The position numbers were made by a program, and so were the translations under genes. From Candidatus Micrarchaeia archaeon (lineage in GTDB: Archaea; Micrarchaeota; Micrarchaeia; Norongarragalinales; UBA8480), in contig JBAMLY010000014.1 in assembly GCA_039794045.1 (NCBI GenBank), forward strand, positions 2,509-20,403: DNA of 17,895 bases, in the 5' to 3' direction. The notes below the pieces were generated by a model. It searched no databases and was not told the origin of the DNA. It was given only the letters and a program-made list of their open reading frames with translations. How positions within the stretch are numbered: position 1 is the stretch's first letter; every line of letters starts with the position of its first letter. Below are positions 16,946-17,895 of the stretch, one piece after another.

Positions 16946-17129
16946 CGCCCCGGCCGGGATTTTCGCTGGCGCGCGGCAAGCGAAAAGACATCGCCGCACG
17001 TTGATTCGAACCCGAGTCACAGGCTTTTTGCAACAACTCCTCTTGTTTTTCCGTCAACGCTTACGCGAAGCGCCACAGCAAAAGGGTTTTACGACAAGCC
17101 CGTATCCTAGACCACTAGACGACCGAGGC
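16946..17129 (-). tRNA. tRNA-Asp(GTC) with two introns: 17026-17091 (66 nt, position 37/38) and 16960-17004 (45 nt, T-loop position 59/60)
   Basis: Spliced sequence GCCTCGG TC GTCT AGTGGTCT AGGAT A CGGGC TT GTC GA GCCTG TGAC TCGGG TTCGAAT CCCGG CCGGGGC G folds as a cloverleaf with G73. Both exon-intron junctions form bulge-helix-bulge motifs. CCA not encoded. Confidence 0.92.
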
Positions 17130-17181
17130 ATTCCCACAATTTTTTTCGTCGCTATCGTTTTTATCGTTTCCGTCAACGCTT
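17048..17181. repeat. 15-bp direct repeat TTTCCGTCAACGCTT: one copy in the tRNA-Asp anticodon intron (17048-17062), one in the Tyr-Asp spacer (17167-17181)
   Basis: Exact match read by eye; similarity continues with GCGAAGCGC versus GCGCAGCGC. Confidence 0.85.
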
Positions 17182-17234
17182 TTTGCGCAGCGCGAGACGC
17201 CAACGAGCGCAAAGCAAAAAAAGCGTTGTTAGAG

Positions 17235-17345
17235 TCCCGCCAGCCTGATTTGAACAGGCAACCCTCTGGTTTCCTTTCGGAAGTCGCCGCGAAAGACGGC
17301 GATATCAAGCTACAGCCAGATGCTCTACCATTGAGCTATGGCGGG
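17235..17345 (-). tRNA. tRNA-Tyr(GTA) with a 39-nt intron at 37/38 (17271-17309)
   Basis: CCCGCCA/TGGCGGG acceptor stem (archaeal C1-G72, A73), GCTC/GAGC D stem, TCTGG/CCAGA anticodon stem, GCCTG TTCAAAT CAGGC T arm. Confidence 0.95.
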
Positions 17346-17372
17346 AAACAAAGAATTATTTGCGCAAGCAAA

Positions 17373-17386
17373 TTAAAAAAGCGTTT
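17373..17386 (-). promoter_or_regulatory. Putative TATA box for tRNA-Tyr (possibly a Tyr-Asp co-transcript)
   Basis: Minus strand AAACGC-TTTTTTAA about 28-35 nt upstream of the tRNA-Tyr 5' end; no equally good TATA seen directly upstream of tRNA-Asp. Confidence 0.55.
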
Positions 17387-17404
17387 TGAAGCCTTTTTTA
17401 TTCT

Positions 17405-17776
17405 TTACTGGTTTTCGGTTTTCTGGCGGCGTTCCAAGTAAAGAATCAAGTTGCGCAAGCGAGTCAAGCCGTTGAACTGGCGCGCGTCAGAAATTATTTT
17501 TTGTTCGTGCTTGTTTAAAGCGCCTTCAACGAAGTGGGAAAGCAAATAAACTTCTTGCCCGCTTTCAGGGTGAGTGCTTCGCTTGAACTCGGATTGGCTT
17601 GCGCTCTCCGCTAAAGCATTCAATTCCTTTAACGCTTTCCCGGGCGTTTCGACTGCGAAAAAGTGCGTTACCACCAAGCCCCGCGCTCCTTTTTCCGCGG
17701 CCTTGACTTGCACGTCGTATTTTCCCGCAAGAGAATGCCGTTCAATTATTTCGCTTACGCGCCTCAAAACCTGCAA
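17405..17776 (-). CDS. Hypothetical protein (about 123 aa) between tRNA-Pro and tRNA-Tyr
   Basis: GGAGGGGG SD before an in-frame TTG at 17776 (the listed ORF starts at 17800, abutting the tRNA); no family recognised. Confidence 0.65.
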   Translation of the reverse strand: MQVLRRVSEIIERHSLAGKYDVQVKAAEKGARGLVVTHFFAVETPGKALKELNALAESASQSEFKRSTHPESGQEVYLLSHFVEGALNKHEQKIISDARQFNGLTRLRNLILYLERRQKTENQ

Positions 17777-17801
17777 CCAGAACCCCCTCCGTGAAACCAA
17801 G

Positions 17802-17875
17802 TGGGGAGGCCGAGATTCGAACTCGGATCTTCAGCTCCCAAAGCTGAAAGCATAGCCAGGTTGGCCCACCTCCCC
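17802..17875 (-). tRNA. tRNA-Pro(TGG), no intron
   Basis: GGGGAGG/CCTCCCC acceptor stem, TCAGC TT TGG GA GCTGA anticodon arm, CCGAG TTCGAAT CTCGG T arm, A73. Confidence 0.96.
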
Positions 17876-17895
17876 GCTTACAAACATTTTTTTGT

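Noticed and set aside
17271..17309. Box C/D guide RNA in the Tyr intron (UUGAUAU...CCGA)
   Set aside because: Boxes are degenerate and the 39-nt intron is too short for a typical guide.
16809..17441. ORFs 17001..17441 (+), 17054..17308 (-) and 16809..17057 (-)
   Set aside because: They run across tRNA-Asp and tRNA-Tyr and have no protein-like features.
17405..17875. Integrated element at the tRNA-Pro 3' end
   Set aside because: No integrase and no duplicated tRNA 3' end (att site) seen in the window.
1..17895. CRISPR array, IS element or viral origin of the divergent RNAP
   Set aside because: No regularly spaced repeats, transposase or virion genes; the rpoH-B-A order, tRNAs and permease indicate a cellular chromosome.

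Overview
Cellular archaeal DNA, most likely a DPANN/Micrarchaeota-type lineage (inferred from archaeal RNAP subunits, TATA promoters, C1-G72 tRNA-Tyr, BHB introns and an LFGC lipobox). From left to right: two sequon-rich surface proteins (a CARDB/Ig-like protein cut by the window edge, and a Cys-rich protein with a VPXXXP-like C-terminal sorting tail), a GNAT acetyltransferase, an ORFan, a minus-strand three-gene exported cluster (OB-fold lipoprotein, S-layer-like/PepSY-like protein, gingipain-like C25 protease), the RNA polymerase operon rpoH-rpoB''-rpoB'-rpoA, a Yip1 membrane protein, a divergent dCTP deaminase, an ORFan, a stand-alone HD-GYP-like protein, an APC permease, and three minus-strand tRNAs (Asp-GTC with two introns, Tyr-GTA with one, Pro-TGG with none). 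The most striking signal is the RNA polymerase. A' and A'' are fused by a linker of about 8 residues that removes the foot region. Near-invariant active-centre residues are replaced in all three large subunits, including a Pro in the middle of the bridge helix, loss of the trigger-loop hinge Pro, ED->ND and RHGQKG->RFGQKG. All comparisons are to consensus motifs recalled from memory; no alignments or searches were run.
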